Assembly: GCA_051313645.2 (NCBI GenBank)
Contig: JBNRSN020000058.1
Span: forward strand, 1,054,001-1,118,000
From: Centroscyllium fabricii
Lineage: Eukaryota
Length of the DNA stretch: 64,000 nt
Reading direction: 5' to 3'
In this document: positions 25,890 through 36,295 of the stretch, piece by piece
How positions within the stretch are numbered: the first letter of the stretch is position 1
How the letters are laid out: the number at the start of each line of letters is the position of its first letter
Notes under the pieces: generated by a model
The model's database searches: none
What the model was told of the DNA's origin: nothing
Seen by the model: only the letters and a program-made list of their open reading frames with translations
Position numbers and translations under genes: made by a program

Positions 25890-26267
25890 AATGAACTGTT
25901 TTGAAGTGTATTCACTGTTGTTACATAGACACATGTGGCAGCCATTTTGTGCACAGCAAGATCCCACAAAAAGCAGTTAAGCTGTTTTTTGGTGCCATTT
26001 GTTAAGGGATGAATGTTGGCCAGGACATGGGGAGAAATGCCCTACTCTTCTTCAAATAGTGCTATGGGAACTTTTATGCTCATCTGAGCACATACAAGGC
26101 ATGTTTTGAAATCTCATCCAAGAAATAGTACTTCTGCCAATGCATTATTTCCTCAGTACTACACAGAAGTGTGGCCCAGATTATGTTCTCATAACCTAGA
26201 GTGGTGCTTGAACCCATGTCCTTCTGACTCAAGAGATAAAAGTGTTACCACTGAGCCAAGCTGGCAC
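25890..26267 (-). mobile_element. Full-length Deu-domain SINE (SacSINE1-like)
   Basis: Reversed tRNA head (cttgaaccc..., accactgagccaagctg), Deu core (gtgcacagcaagatcccaca) and tail. Confidence 0.8.
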
Positions 26268-26509
26268 TTATAACCTAAAAGTACATTCCCCCCATTTATT
26301 TATTTATATCTTGATGTGTAAGTATTAGTTATTAAAGTTAATAATGTTTTCAATGAATTTTTATCAACAGGAAACCAAGCTTCAGAGTGCAAACCACAAT
26401 CCTATCCTCTTCCTAATCTTATCCTGCCCCATCTACTTTTGGACTTAACAAAATGTGTTAAATTGTATGCCTAGCATTGACCAGGGAGTTTTACCTAGGT
26501 TTCTACCTG

Positions 26510-26780
26510 AAGTAAGCTGGGGCAGTCTCAACTAAGTCCCAAGTAGATTTCAGCCTACAGCACAAAATTGGCCATAATTTACAAAAACCATCACTCAATT
26601 AACAATTTCAATCAGAAAGTCTGAAACAATGATGCAAACAATTCAAATTGGCACAATGGAGGGGTACTTTATGGAAGCCAAGGCTAAGGCACATTGTCAG
26701 GGTAGAGTAGAGGGCGCTTTATTTGACAGATTATATCTAACCTGAGAGTGCTTAATGCTGCCTTCTGGGTATTAGAAAAG
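26510..26780 (+). mobile_element. LF-SINE-like remnant
   Basis: ggcagtctcaac..., cagcacaaaattggc..., ggctaaggcacattgtcaggg; resembles 5940-6320. Confidence 0.4.
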
Positions 26781-27538
26781 AAAATTCCATTCCCTAGCAC
26801 TAGCATTCCTCATTTCTATAATGGACACAAATCAAAAAGTTAAATAACAGAGAAGCCTATAAAATTGCACCTTGTATTCAATACTGAAAGGATTAAAATA
26901 TACACAAGCAGACCACAATTTGGCCTGGATTCCTTCACTATCCTCATGCCCTCTTTCCTCTAATGCAGCACTTGTTCATTTTAACAGGCTGCTACTCTGC
27001 AAGACAGGGACAAAGCAAGTTATATTACACAGAGAGAAGGAAACATCAATAGTCAAAAATCCCATAGAGCTGATTTTTTTTTAATTCTATCAGTTGTTGG
27101 CATCACTATCTATGAATGACAAGGCAAAGCTAGGGATCCATAATCCCTAAGCTATAGTTAGTCAGTGATCCTTTGAGCTGTCATCAATCAGTCACTATCA
27201 CCCATCTTTGGGGAGCACCATATTGTTTTCTGCAGTATCGACAGATTTATTATTCCTGTCCCATCCTTTCAGCTGAAACTGATTGCATTTCTGCATAGAA
27301 CCATGCAGTCTCATTTTACATTCTTAGTCCAATTTGTACCCACTGTCCCAGTGCACCTCCTGCAGTGTAACACAGTGCACTTACTATTCATTGGGACAAG
27401 TCAACCTGACCATGCAAGTGACCAAAGTACACCCCCAAAAAGAAAGATTTTTAAAGTCATTTTCTTTGCAAGCCCAAAAGTCTGGTAAGAATAGCAGAAG
27501 ATTGTGGAAATAGCATGAACTAGAGGTAAAAATAGGGA

Positions 27539-27680
27539 ACAAAAACAGAAATTGCTGCAAACACTCAGCAGGTCAGGCTGCATCTGTAGAGAAGGAAGTC
27601 GGGCTAATGTTTCAGGTCTCTGGCCCTTCGCCTGACCTGCTGAGTGTTCCAGATTACAATATCTGCAGTATTTTCCTTTT
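27539..27680. mobile_element. Short degenerate palindromic Penelope-like derivative
   Basis: acactcagcaggtcagg...cctgacctgctgagtgt inverted arms; same family as 36074 and 61045. Confidence 0.75.
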
Positions 27681-28332
27681 AGGTTAAGATATGGATCATA
27701 GTACAGTATGTTAGTCAATGACAATAAAATTATTGTACACTTGGAAGAGCTGCACGTTTTGAACGAACGGCTAAAGTAAAGTCTTCACTTTCACAGAGCT
27801 GTCTTACAGCAAAACGGTTACATAGCTCAATGGCAGAGGGCGGTTTATTCACTACTTAGCCACCAAGTTACAGGAATTGATCCAAATATATCAACTCTTT
27901 TTGGAAAACTAGTTGATACAAAACTAGCTGCTTGTTTTTTTATATGCTGCTGGCAAATTGAGGATACTTGCTATTAAATTAAAGCAACAGGTTTTGGCTC
28001 GTGTACACATTAATTGCTAAACCTTTCCAGCTTCACAAAAGCAACAGGTGTCAGGACACTTCAGAATGGGTCAAGCTTTCAAGATTTGTCACTCAAATAT
28101 TACCTGATAAAACATGGAGCATGTGAAATGAGCTTCAGTATGTTTTTCCTAATTAATAACTATTTAAATCTACTTGACAAGAAAATTATGGCCACCATGT
28201 AAATTTGGACTTAGGTTGATATTTTTAATTTGCTTTTGCAACTAGAAAGTTTTAGACTCCATTCTTTTTAATGAATTCTGCCTAAATGTTGTTGTCTATT
28301 AATGTTTCTCAGTTCTTCCTAATACAACTGTC

Positions 28333-28695
28333 ACAGAAACACAGAAGATAGGAGCAGGTGTAGGCCACTCGGCCCTTCGAGCCTGCTCCGCCATTTTGAT
28401 GAGATCATGGCCGATCAACCAAACCCAGCACCTCCCCCCTCCTACCCTCTCCCCATATCCCCCAACTCTAAGAACGATATCTCACTCACATACTCATGGG
28501 CAATTTTTAGTATCTCCAATTCACCTAACCTGCATGTCTTTGGGTAGTGGGAGGAAACCGGAGCACCCAGACTCACACAAACACGGGGAGAACATGCAAA
28601 CTCCATGCAGAGAGGTCCCGGGCCAAGCAGGATTCGAACCCAGGAGCTCCTTATTGCGAGGCAGCAGTGCTAACCACTGCGCCACCGTGTCGTCC
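28333..28695 (-). mobile_element. HE1-type tRNA SINE with CR1-derived 3' tail
   Basis: Minus strand starts ggacgacacggtggcgcagtggttagcactgctgcctc..gggttcgaatcc (A/B boxes), then a V-SINE-type core (gggaggaaaccggagcaccc) and a CR1 tail. Confidence 0.85.
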
Positions 28696-28699
28696 TTCA

Positions 28700-28776
28700 C
28701 ATGATCTCATCAAAATGGCAGAGCAGGCTCGAAGGGCCGAATGGCCTACTCCTGCTCCTATCTTCTGTGTTTCTGT
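28700..28776 (+). mobile_element. Extra inverted copy of the same SINE 3' tail
   Basis: 77 bp; reverse complement of 28333-28409 with 3 mismatches. Confidence 0.85.
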
Positions 28777-29392
28777 CTCAATCAAACTGATTATTTAAAT
28801 GTCAATAAAATTAAACTCCAGACATCAGTATCATGACCCTATCTCCAGGCCGTTTTAATATGGATTGTATGGTAAGCCTCATTTGTTCCTTTTTCCTTCG
28901 GAGGAAGTTCAACCCTTACAGTACTTGGTGCCAACCACTAAATAATAATTGTGAAGGAACGCCTGAAAATTACTATACATAATGTTATCATTCAAATGCT
29001 TAACATACCTGCACCAAATCGTCCCTTTGTTATTTTAATGGAGGTGTCTACCCATTTATTTTAGATGAATGTTAAAATAGAGGGGAAAATGGCTACCAAC
29101 ACATTAACCATTTGTACAATAATGCCACTCAGTAATTTCCAGACCAATATTATACTGCTGCATTTAATGCTGCCTTTATACTGCAACTACTAGTTTGACT
29201 CTGGTGTCTGTTTTTTTGCAGTATGAGCTGGCACCAATGAGTACAGAAGAATGCAGAGCTGCCAGTATTACTCAAAGTGCTTCTCTGCCTCACTGCACTG
29301 GAAATCCAGAAGAAACTTTAACACTGGTGAAGAAGCGACAGTCATGCCAGTCTTTAACTAGCATTCTTGTGTTGACAGTTTAGAAATTCCAT

Positions 29393-30032
29393 GGCTCTGA
29401 TTTTCATTTTGGTGCACATTGGGCGGGTGGAAGGAGCAATTGCACCGCCCTGCTTGATGGCACCAGCGAGAGAGGCCTGAACCATTTTCATGGTCAGGCC
29501 TCATTAGAATCCATGCAGCAAGCTGCCAGCGCTGAACGAGCGCCATTAGGCAGCTTGCTGATCGGGGGCGAGGGAAATCTGGTAGCTCACCACTGAACCG
29601 AACAGGAAGTAGATCCTTAAGTGAGGGAGGAGGGCCAATCGCGGAGGGAAAATGGGGGGGGGGGGGGGGGGGGCAGCAGAGAGGAGTCGGCAGGAAAATT
29701 CTTGTGGGGCCAGGAGAAATATTCATGTTCCTCTTGGCCCCCCAAAAAATTTGTGACACAGCTTTTTTGGAGGCATGTCAGAGCAGCCCCTTTAAGGACC
29801 GCTGATTCGGCTGCTTAACCATCAGTTCCACGGGAACACCAAAATTGCATTGCAGTCCCACAGATGGTGTAGGACCCATATTTGTATATGTAAGTAGGCT
29901 CCTGCCTGTTTCAGGAAGGGGCATTGCTCACCTGCTTCCTGGCCCACTCCAAAATTGCAGAAAACCAGATGTCAGCGGGAATGGGGTGGTAATTAGAACA
30001 CAGTGATATTCGGCTTGCAGGAAAATGGGGAC
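29393..30032. mobile_element. Degenerate Harbinger-type non-autonomous element
   Basis: GC-rich block starting ggctctgattttc and ending gaaaatggggac, with the motif style of the other MITEs. TIR is weak. Confidence 0.45.
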
Positions 30033-30995
30033 AAAAATCACCCTCCCCTCCCCTCTCATACATGTACCGGAGTAGAACCTCTGTGTGATAAGGAAGCCAA
30101 ATGCCTGCAGAGATGGTTTTTACAAAAACAGTCTCTCTTTGTTAAGTGCTTCTTCCATTTAATATGTTTACACTGGAAAATCTTTACACATTAAAACATT
30201 TCCACATTTTGACTCAAAAGGCAGTGATAAGTCTCAGGACAGTAATGTGAATGAGCTACATATGTGGAAGAGCTCAAACACCATCACAATGAGAAACGTG
30301 AGACCATCAAACTGACTTAACAAGGCAAACAAGTGAGCTCGAAGGTCTTAAAAACATTCTTCAGGTGTTCACTAACTGTCCTGCTTCCTGGTTCCAGTTA
30401 TGCCTCCACATATCCCTGCTGAGTTGCTTTTAATTATGCATGCCCCGACTTAAATGTCAGTAATGAGAGTGATTGCAGTTAAGTGAATAACTTGTTTACT
30501 GCAAATGTTTGTTTACTACTGAGGGGTTTAAACGAACATGGAAACATCAATACTCTTGCGATCTACTATTAACTGCAATGGAAAGCTGTTTCAGATTTTA
30601 AAATCCACTTTACTCTTCAATTTGAGGTTGCTGTGTTGGAATGTAGAATCAAGGAACTATTTGCCCCATCAGTCATATTGTGTAGGTGCTTGAGGAGGTA
30701 ATTATACAGTTTGGACTATAAATATAGGAAAATTAACAATCTGGGGAAACAAAAATTATGTAATGCATTGTTGGTGTACTACTTACTGAAAATAACAACT
30801 CTACAGGCCCAAACACATCTTAGCACTGCCCGGTGTTTCCTGCTCTCACAGAGGAGAGGGCGAAGTCTTCTCTTAAAGCATATATCCACATCCATCATGT
30901 GTTACAAACTTTTTTTCAGCTAAGAATACAGACAATTCACATCCACACCCAAGCCTCTATTCGGAATGCTGGTTTATAACCAACTCGAGACGATG

Positions 30996-31162
30996 GGGTA
31001 GCTCTTGACTTTGTGCAATTGTTTCAAATGGGCGATAGCGAATTGGCATGCTCCATCTCTCCTGATTTTTATTCCCACTGACTCCAATGGAAATAAAAAT
31101 TGGGAGAGAAGGAAAATGGTTATCACCCATTTTATACTATCGCACAAAGTCAAGACCTATCC
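30996..31162. mobile_element. Small palindromic MITE
   Basis: gggtagctcttgactttgtgc ... gcacaaagtcaagacctatcc; inner arms tctctcctgatttttattccca / tggaaataaaaattgggagaga. Confidence 0.75.
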
Positions 31163-32724
31163 GTGTGTGTGAGCCATGCTGCTTTTCCGCCTCTCCTTGC
31201 TGCATCCTCTGATAACTCTGGCTGAGATCAAGAACTCACAGCTTGAGGTGGTCACGAGCATTTATCTGCATCTCACCAATCTATGGTACAGCAAGTTACC
31301 ATTTCACCCAATGAGCAGTCGAAACTCCTGCACAATTCAAATACTAACATCTCTTGCATAGCACTAACTGAACCGGAACCGGAATAAAGTGACTTGTTGT
31401 TTGGAGAATTTAAGGAAAATAAGCATTTTGATGGAGATTTCTGTCTAATTTTATTCCGTACTCCCTGTTTATTTGCACATTTCAGAACAGCTAGCCCGAG
31501 AATTGACAAGGAAGCATTCCTTTGGCGGGTAAAAGGAAATCTGTTCACACACAGCAACATTAAAAATCATTCTTTGCAGGGGTTTTTTTCAAATCCAGTT
31601 ATTAAAAAGATATTTTGTTAGTGTTCACATAGAATTAAAAAAAGAGAATTAAAATTGGACACTAGAGGAAAATATTTTTTGTTGTAACTCATCCCACTGA
31701 GACTCTGCTCCAGCATAGACAAAGGAAAAGGATACATGATCATTCCCAATGTCATGTGTAAGGGAGCTCGAAAGACAAAATCAGTGGCACAGCAGAGCTT
31801 AATCTGTGGAACATTCAATTTGTGCATTTGTGCTGGCCACTATTTGAATTCATCAAATATGATTAGCAGTCCTAATGGCAAAAGTAGTTTAAAGCAGTGA
31901 TGATATTGTGTCACAATTTTGTAAATTTCGATATAAGGTACAAAGAATTTCAAACTCATTCTCATCTTAGTCATAACATTGGGGAGATGCTGAGCAGAGG
32001 CATATACTTCCCTAAGAAAAGTGGGAGGGGGACAAGGGGCGGGGGAGGGGGTGGGGGGAGCCAACACACTCACGACATTTAGAACAAATTTTCCTATTTA
32101 CGTTCACGGTAAAGAAATTCAGGTTTTCTCAGGTAAAGTTAGTTACCTTACTTCATGCATTTTTCTACTCACCTGAGAAACGTGTGCAAGGTATGTTGCA
32201 ATTTGCAGAAGATCAGGGAATCCAGCATGAATGCATAAATTGTGTGTTTCTCAAACGGGACTCCACAGTGAAGACTTAAACCTCTTCATAATGGCTGATG
32301 CAGAAAGAACAAATTCAATAAAGGCCTGCTTCTTTACCTCCGATTTGTGCACTGGAAACATTTATGATTTGGCGGTGATGCGGTGCTGTAGCTTTAAAAA
32401 GAATGTATGGTCATTCGACTGAACAATGTTCTGACAGTATCCACCATGCACTAGGCGGCAAGGCATTCTTCTCAGCGACCATGGTCTAGAAATTTGTTCG
32501 GGCTCCTAAGGGTCCAATACAGCAAGCGGCCACTCATTCCGCACAGGAAATGTGCCACTCGCTATATTGGATCGGGCTCCTCCGTAAGCATCCAGGTCAT
32601 ACATCAGAAGCATTTAAAAGGCTCATTATAATTTTTACAGAAGGGTCCTAAGGGTTAGCTTTTGATATGAAGGGAGAGCAGAAAGATGAGTGGCTGCTGA
32701 TAGCAGCTGCAGTTTGACATATAA

Positions 32725-33594
32725 GACTGGATTTTTCCAACCACGGCGGGTCTGGGACGGGCGACATCGCATCTGTATCGATCCCAGCCTCCAACAAGAT
32801 ATTCCAATGATGAGCCTCGTCAAGCCCGCCCTGCGAGGTTCTCGGCCAATTAGAGGAAGTGGGTCTGATGACACGTCATCAGTCGGTTTCCTTAAAGGGA
32901 CCCTGTCCAAATTGATTTTGACAGTTGCGCTGTCAATGTTCTGGCAAACACTGACACGCCCTGCACAAAGATGCAGGGCTGCATCCAGGCTCTCCCATTA
33001 CTCCTTTCATCTAAGTATGGAGGGAGTCACAGCATGCAGGGAGGTTCTCTTCCCTTCCAATGGGCAGAAGACAGCTCCCCAGGAGACCAACATTGCACAG
33101 GAGGGCACAAACAGGGATGTCGTCAGGTGTGCCAGGCTGCAGTAGCACAAACCTTTCGATGATCTCAGATGATCACAAAACATTAGTACAAAGCCACACT
33201 CAGCCTCATCCTGCTGTGCCACTCACTCCTCACATCCCCAGCACTCTGCCTTCCCTACCCTACTCCTGCACATCCTTACACCAACTTACCTTGTACCTCC
33301 ACCTATCCCTCTCTATCTACATTATCTATTCCCCATCTCACTAACCACCCCTCACACTCACCCTCATCCTACTGCAAGCATTCCAACTAACAACACACAA
33401 GGATAGGCACTTGGGTGTTTTAGCCAATGTCCATGTGAAGTTTTTGGTAATGTGCTGTCAAACACTGAAATCGTTATTTTCAACACGTCGCGTTCTTGGA
33501 CAGATTTGTGTGCACCTTTGGATGTGGCGCAGTCAGTTGCAGTGAATGTGAGACATAACATCACCCCCCCCCCCCAATGGTGAGGCATGTGAAA
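32725..33594 (+). mobile_element. Second (inner) Harbinger derivative with a Myb/SANT remnant at ~32970-33180; continues after the CR1 to ~34700
   Basis: Starts gactggattttt; translation MEGVTACREVLFPSNGQK..NRDVVRCARLQ*HKPFDDL resembles the Harbinger Myb-like protein. Confidence 0.65.
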
Positions 33595-34431
33595 CATAGA
33601 AGATAGGAGCAGGAGTAGGCCATTCGGCCCCTCAAGCCTGCTCCGCCATTCAATGCGATCATGGCTGATCATCCAAATTCAGTACCCAGTACCTGCCTTC
33701 TCCCCATAGCCCTTGATCCCTTTAGCCTTAAGAAATATATCCAACTCCTTCTTGAATATATTTAATGAATTGGCCTCAACTGTCTTCTGAGGTAGAGAAT
33801 TCCACAGGTTCACCACTCTCTGGTGAATAAATTCCTCCTCATCTCTGTCCTAAATGGCTTACCCCTTATCCTTAAGACTGTGACCCCTGGTTCTGGACAC
33901 CCTGGCCATCGGGAACATCCTTCCTGCATCTAGTCTGTCTAGTCCTGTTAGAATTTTGTAAGTTTCAATGAGGTCCCCTCTCATTCTTCTAAACTCCAGC
34001 GAGTATAAGCCCAATTGACCCAATCTCTCGTCATACGTCATTCCTGCCATCCCATGTATCAGTTTGGTGAATCTTCGCTGCACTCCATCCATGGCAAGAA
34101 CATCCTTCCTCAGATAAGGCGACCAAAACTGCACACAATACTCAAGCTATGGTCTCACCAAGGCCCTGTACAACTGCAGCAAGACATCCTTGTTCCTGTA
34201 CTCAAACCCCCTCACTACGAAGGCCAACATACCATTTGCCTTCTTCACCGCCTGCTGCACCTGCATGCTTGCCTTCAGCGACTGATGCACAAGGACACCC
34301 AGGTCTCGTTGCACTTCCCCTTCTCCCAATTTATTGCCGTTCAGATACTAATCTGCCTTCCTGTTTTTGCCACCAAAGTGGATACCCTCGCATTTATCCA
34401 CATTATACTGCATCTGCCCAATCACCCAACC
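33595..34431 (-). mobile_element. 5'-truncated CR1 LINE
   Basis: ORF2 C-terminus (QFWSPYLRKDV..VQRRFTKLI..RRMRGDLIETYKIL), CR1 3' hairpin and tail; tgtgaaa duplicated at the flanks. Confidence 0.93.
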
Positions 34432-34759
34432 TGTGAAAGGAATGGCTTGCACATTGTAGGGATGCTTTATGGTGGTGTGGGGTGGTGCCAACCTGGTGCA
34501 TCATGTGACAGTCAGGGGGTACAGTGTTAAGTGAAGCTAATCTGGACATGGTTAGGCCATCGCTGGCATCCCAGGCAGCAATGTGCGCAGGTGATAATGT
34601 CCTGTGTTCAGTGCAGCATCAGCTAATTGCAGAAAAGGTTGGTGTGGATGTTGGTGCTGCTGGTGAATTAATATGTGAAGAAACCCTGCATGACATATCC
34701 TCCAGCACTGTCACTTACCACGGCCATGATTCTGCCCCTGCCCGTAATGACCGGCCTAT

Positions 34760-35335
34760 CTTCCTCCGGAGGGGGGGGGGGGGGGGGGGGGGGGAGGGGA
34801 GGAAGGGTGCGGGAGGGTTCGGCCTCCTCCGGTAGCCGCCTCCTGCCTCATGTTGTGCGTGACCTTCTTCTGCAAGAAAGAAGGGAGTGTATTGGAGACA
34901 GCATTGTGAGCTGTTTTCAAAATGTGCCTGTCACGTTGAAATAGTTTGTGTGTCGTTTGCAAGTTGAGAGAAGTGAGGGTTTCAATAGTAGTGAGCGTAG
35001 GAGGAGAAGGAGGTGCAGTGATGTGTATCTCAGTGATTAGAGGAAAGTGAAGGTAAGCTGGGGAGGGGAGTATTGGGAGTAGTGAAGCGGCAGGTGTGAG
35101 GAGAGAGAAGTGGAGGTGAAAGGCAGGATTCTTACCATGACAACTCTGGTGAGGTTATTGAACTTTTTCTTGCATTGTAGCCATGTCTTGGGAGCCAAGC
35201 TCACGGCATTGACCTCCTCAGCGACCTCTTCCCACTGGCAGCAGATGTGCTGCCCGGAGGGCTTTCTTCCCGCCTTGGGGAACAGGACAGGATCTCCCTC
35301 TTCCTGCCCACTGCCTAGACCACAGCCCCATCCTC
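34760..35335 (-). pseudogene. Harbinger Myb/SANT-like (NAIF1/MSANTD-type) ORF remnant, two exons
   Basis: Exon 1 ...LFPKAGRKPSG..QWEEVAEEVNAVSLAPKTWLQCKKKFNNLTRVVM|gtaag (donor at 35135); ttcttgcag|KKVTHNMRQEAATGGG exon 2 from 34869. Confidence 0.8.
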
Positions 35336-36073
35336 TGTGAGCCCATTTTCAGGTGCGATTGAATTTCTAGGCCCACTAATTTTTAAAGAACTGCATTATT
35401 TACACAAAGCCTTCCTATTTAAACCTAGACAAATGGCAGTTTATAGGAAAGACTGTTCCATATCACGTGAAATAGATTTTAAATAGTAACTACTATTTGT
35501 AATAGCAATGCTTTCACTATAAGCTGCCCGCTAAAATGAACCAGCTGATATCATTGGCAGGCAATCCCCTCTCATGCCTTTGCCAAAGCCAATTTTGAGC
35601 AGCCTACTGGACAGTTCCAAAAGTTGCCAGTCATGACTCACCCTCTGATTTTCTGTCAGCAGTTGGGAAATGTCTAATCTCCGATTATATTTTGGGCCTT
35701 TGTTACAGAAATGCAACTGAGAATGTTGCTACAAAGTGAACTCCTTTGAGGCGAACAGTACCATGTAATGACCACAATATTCATTGAAACTTATAAAATT
35801 CTAACAGGACTAGATGCAGGAAGGATGTTCCCGATGGCCAGGGAGTCCAGAACCAGGGGTCACAGTCTAAGGGTAAGGGGTAAACCATTTAGAACTGAGG
35901 ATGAGGAGGAATTTCTTCACCCAGAGAGTGGTGAACCTGTGGAATTCTCTACCACAGAAGGCTGCAGAGGCCAATTCATTAAATATATTCAAGAAGGCGT
36001 TAGATATATTTCTTAAAACCAAAGGGATCAAGGGATATGGAGCAAAGATAGGGATAGGGTACTGAATTTGGAT

Positions 36074-36295
36074 AGTAAAATACTGCGGATGCTGGAAATC
36101 CGAAATAACAACAGAAAATGCTGGAGAAACTCAGCAGGCCAGGCAGCATCGGTGGAGAGAGAAACAGAGTTAACGTTTCAGGTCGATGACCTTTCTTCAG
36201 AACTGAAGAAAGGTCATCGACCTGAAACATTAACTCTGCTCCTCTCTCCACCGATGCTGCCTGGCCTGCTGAGTTTCTCCACCATGTTCTGTTAT
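36074..36295. mobile_element. Palindromic non-autonomous Penelope-like element
   Basis: Near-perfect hairpin centred at ~36201; 14-bp TSD tactgaatttggat/tactgagtttggat (36060-36073 / 36296-36309). Confidence 0.85.
36168..36204 (-). ncRNA. Minimal type I hammerhead ribozyme motif
   Basis: Minus strand agtt-CTGAAGA-a-aggtc-atc-gacct-GAAA-C-G-TT-aact has the conserved core, helix II, a loopless helix III and a 4-bp helix I. Minimal hammerheads are established in Penelope-like elements. Confidence 0.6.

Larger units (their letters stand above)
32483..35373 (-). mobile_element. Deleted PIF/Harbinger element (outer) carrying a Myb/SANT-like ORF remnant
   Basis: TIRs ggtctagaaatt / aatttctaggcc, CAT/CAC TSD; Myb exons on the minus strand. 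Confidence 0.7.

Noticed and set aside
28625-28695. tRNA gene
   Set aside because: It is the tRNA-derived head of a SINE, continuous with the SINE core and CR1 tail. The same applies at 18872, 26200 and 48470.
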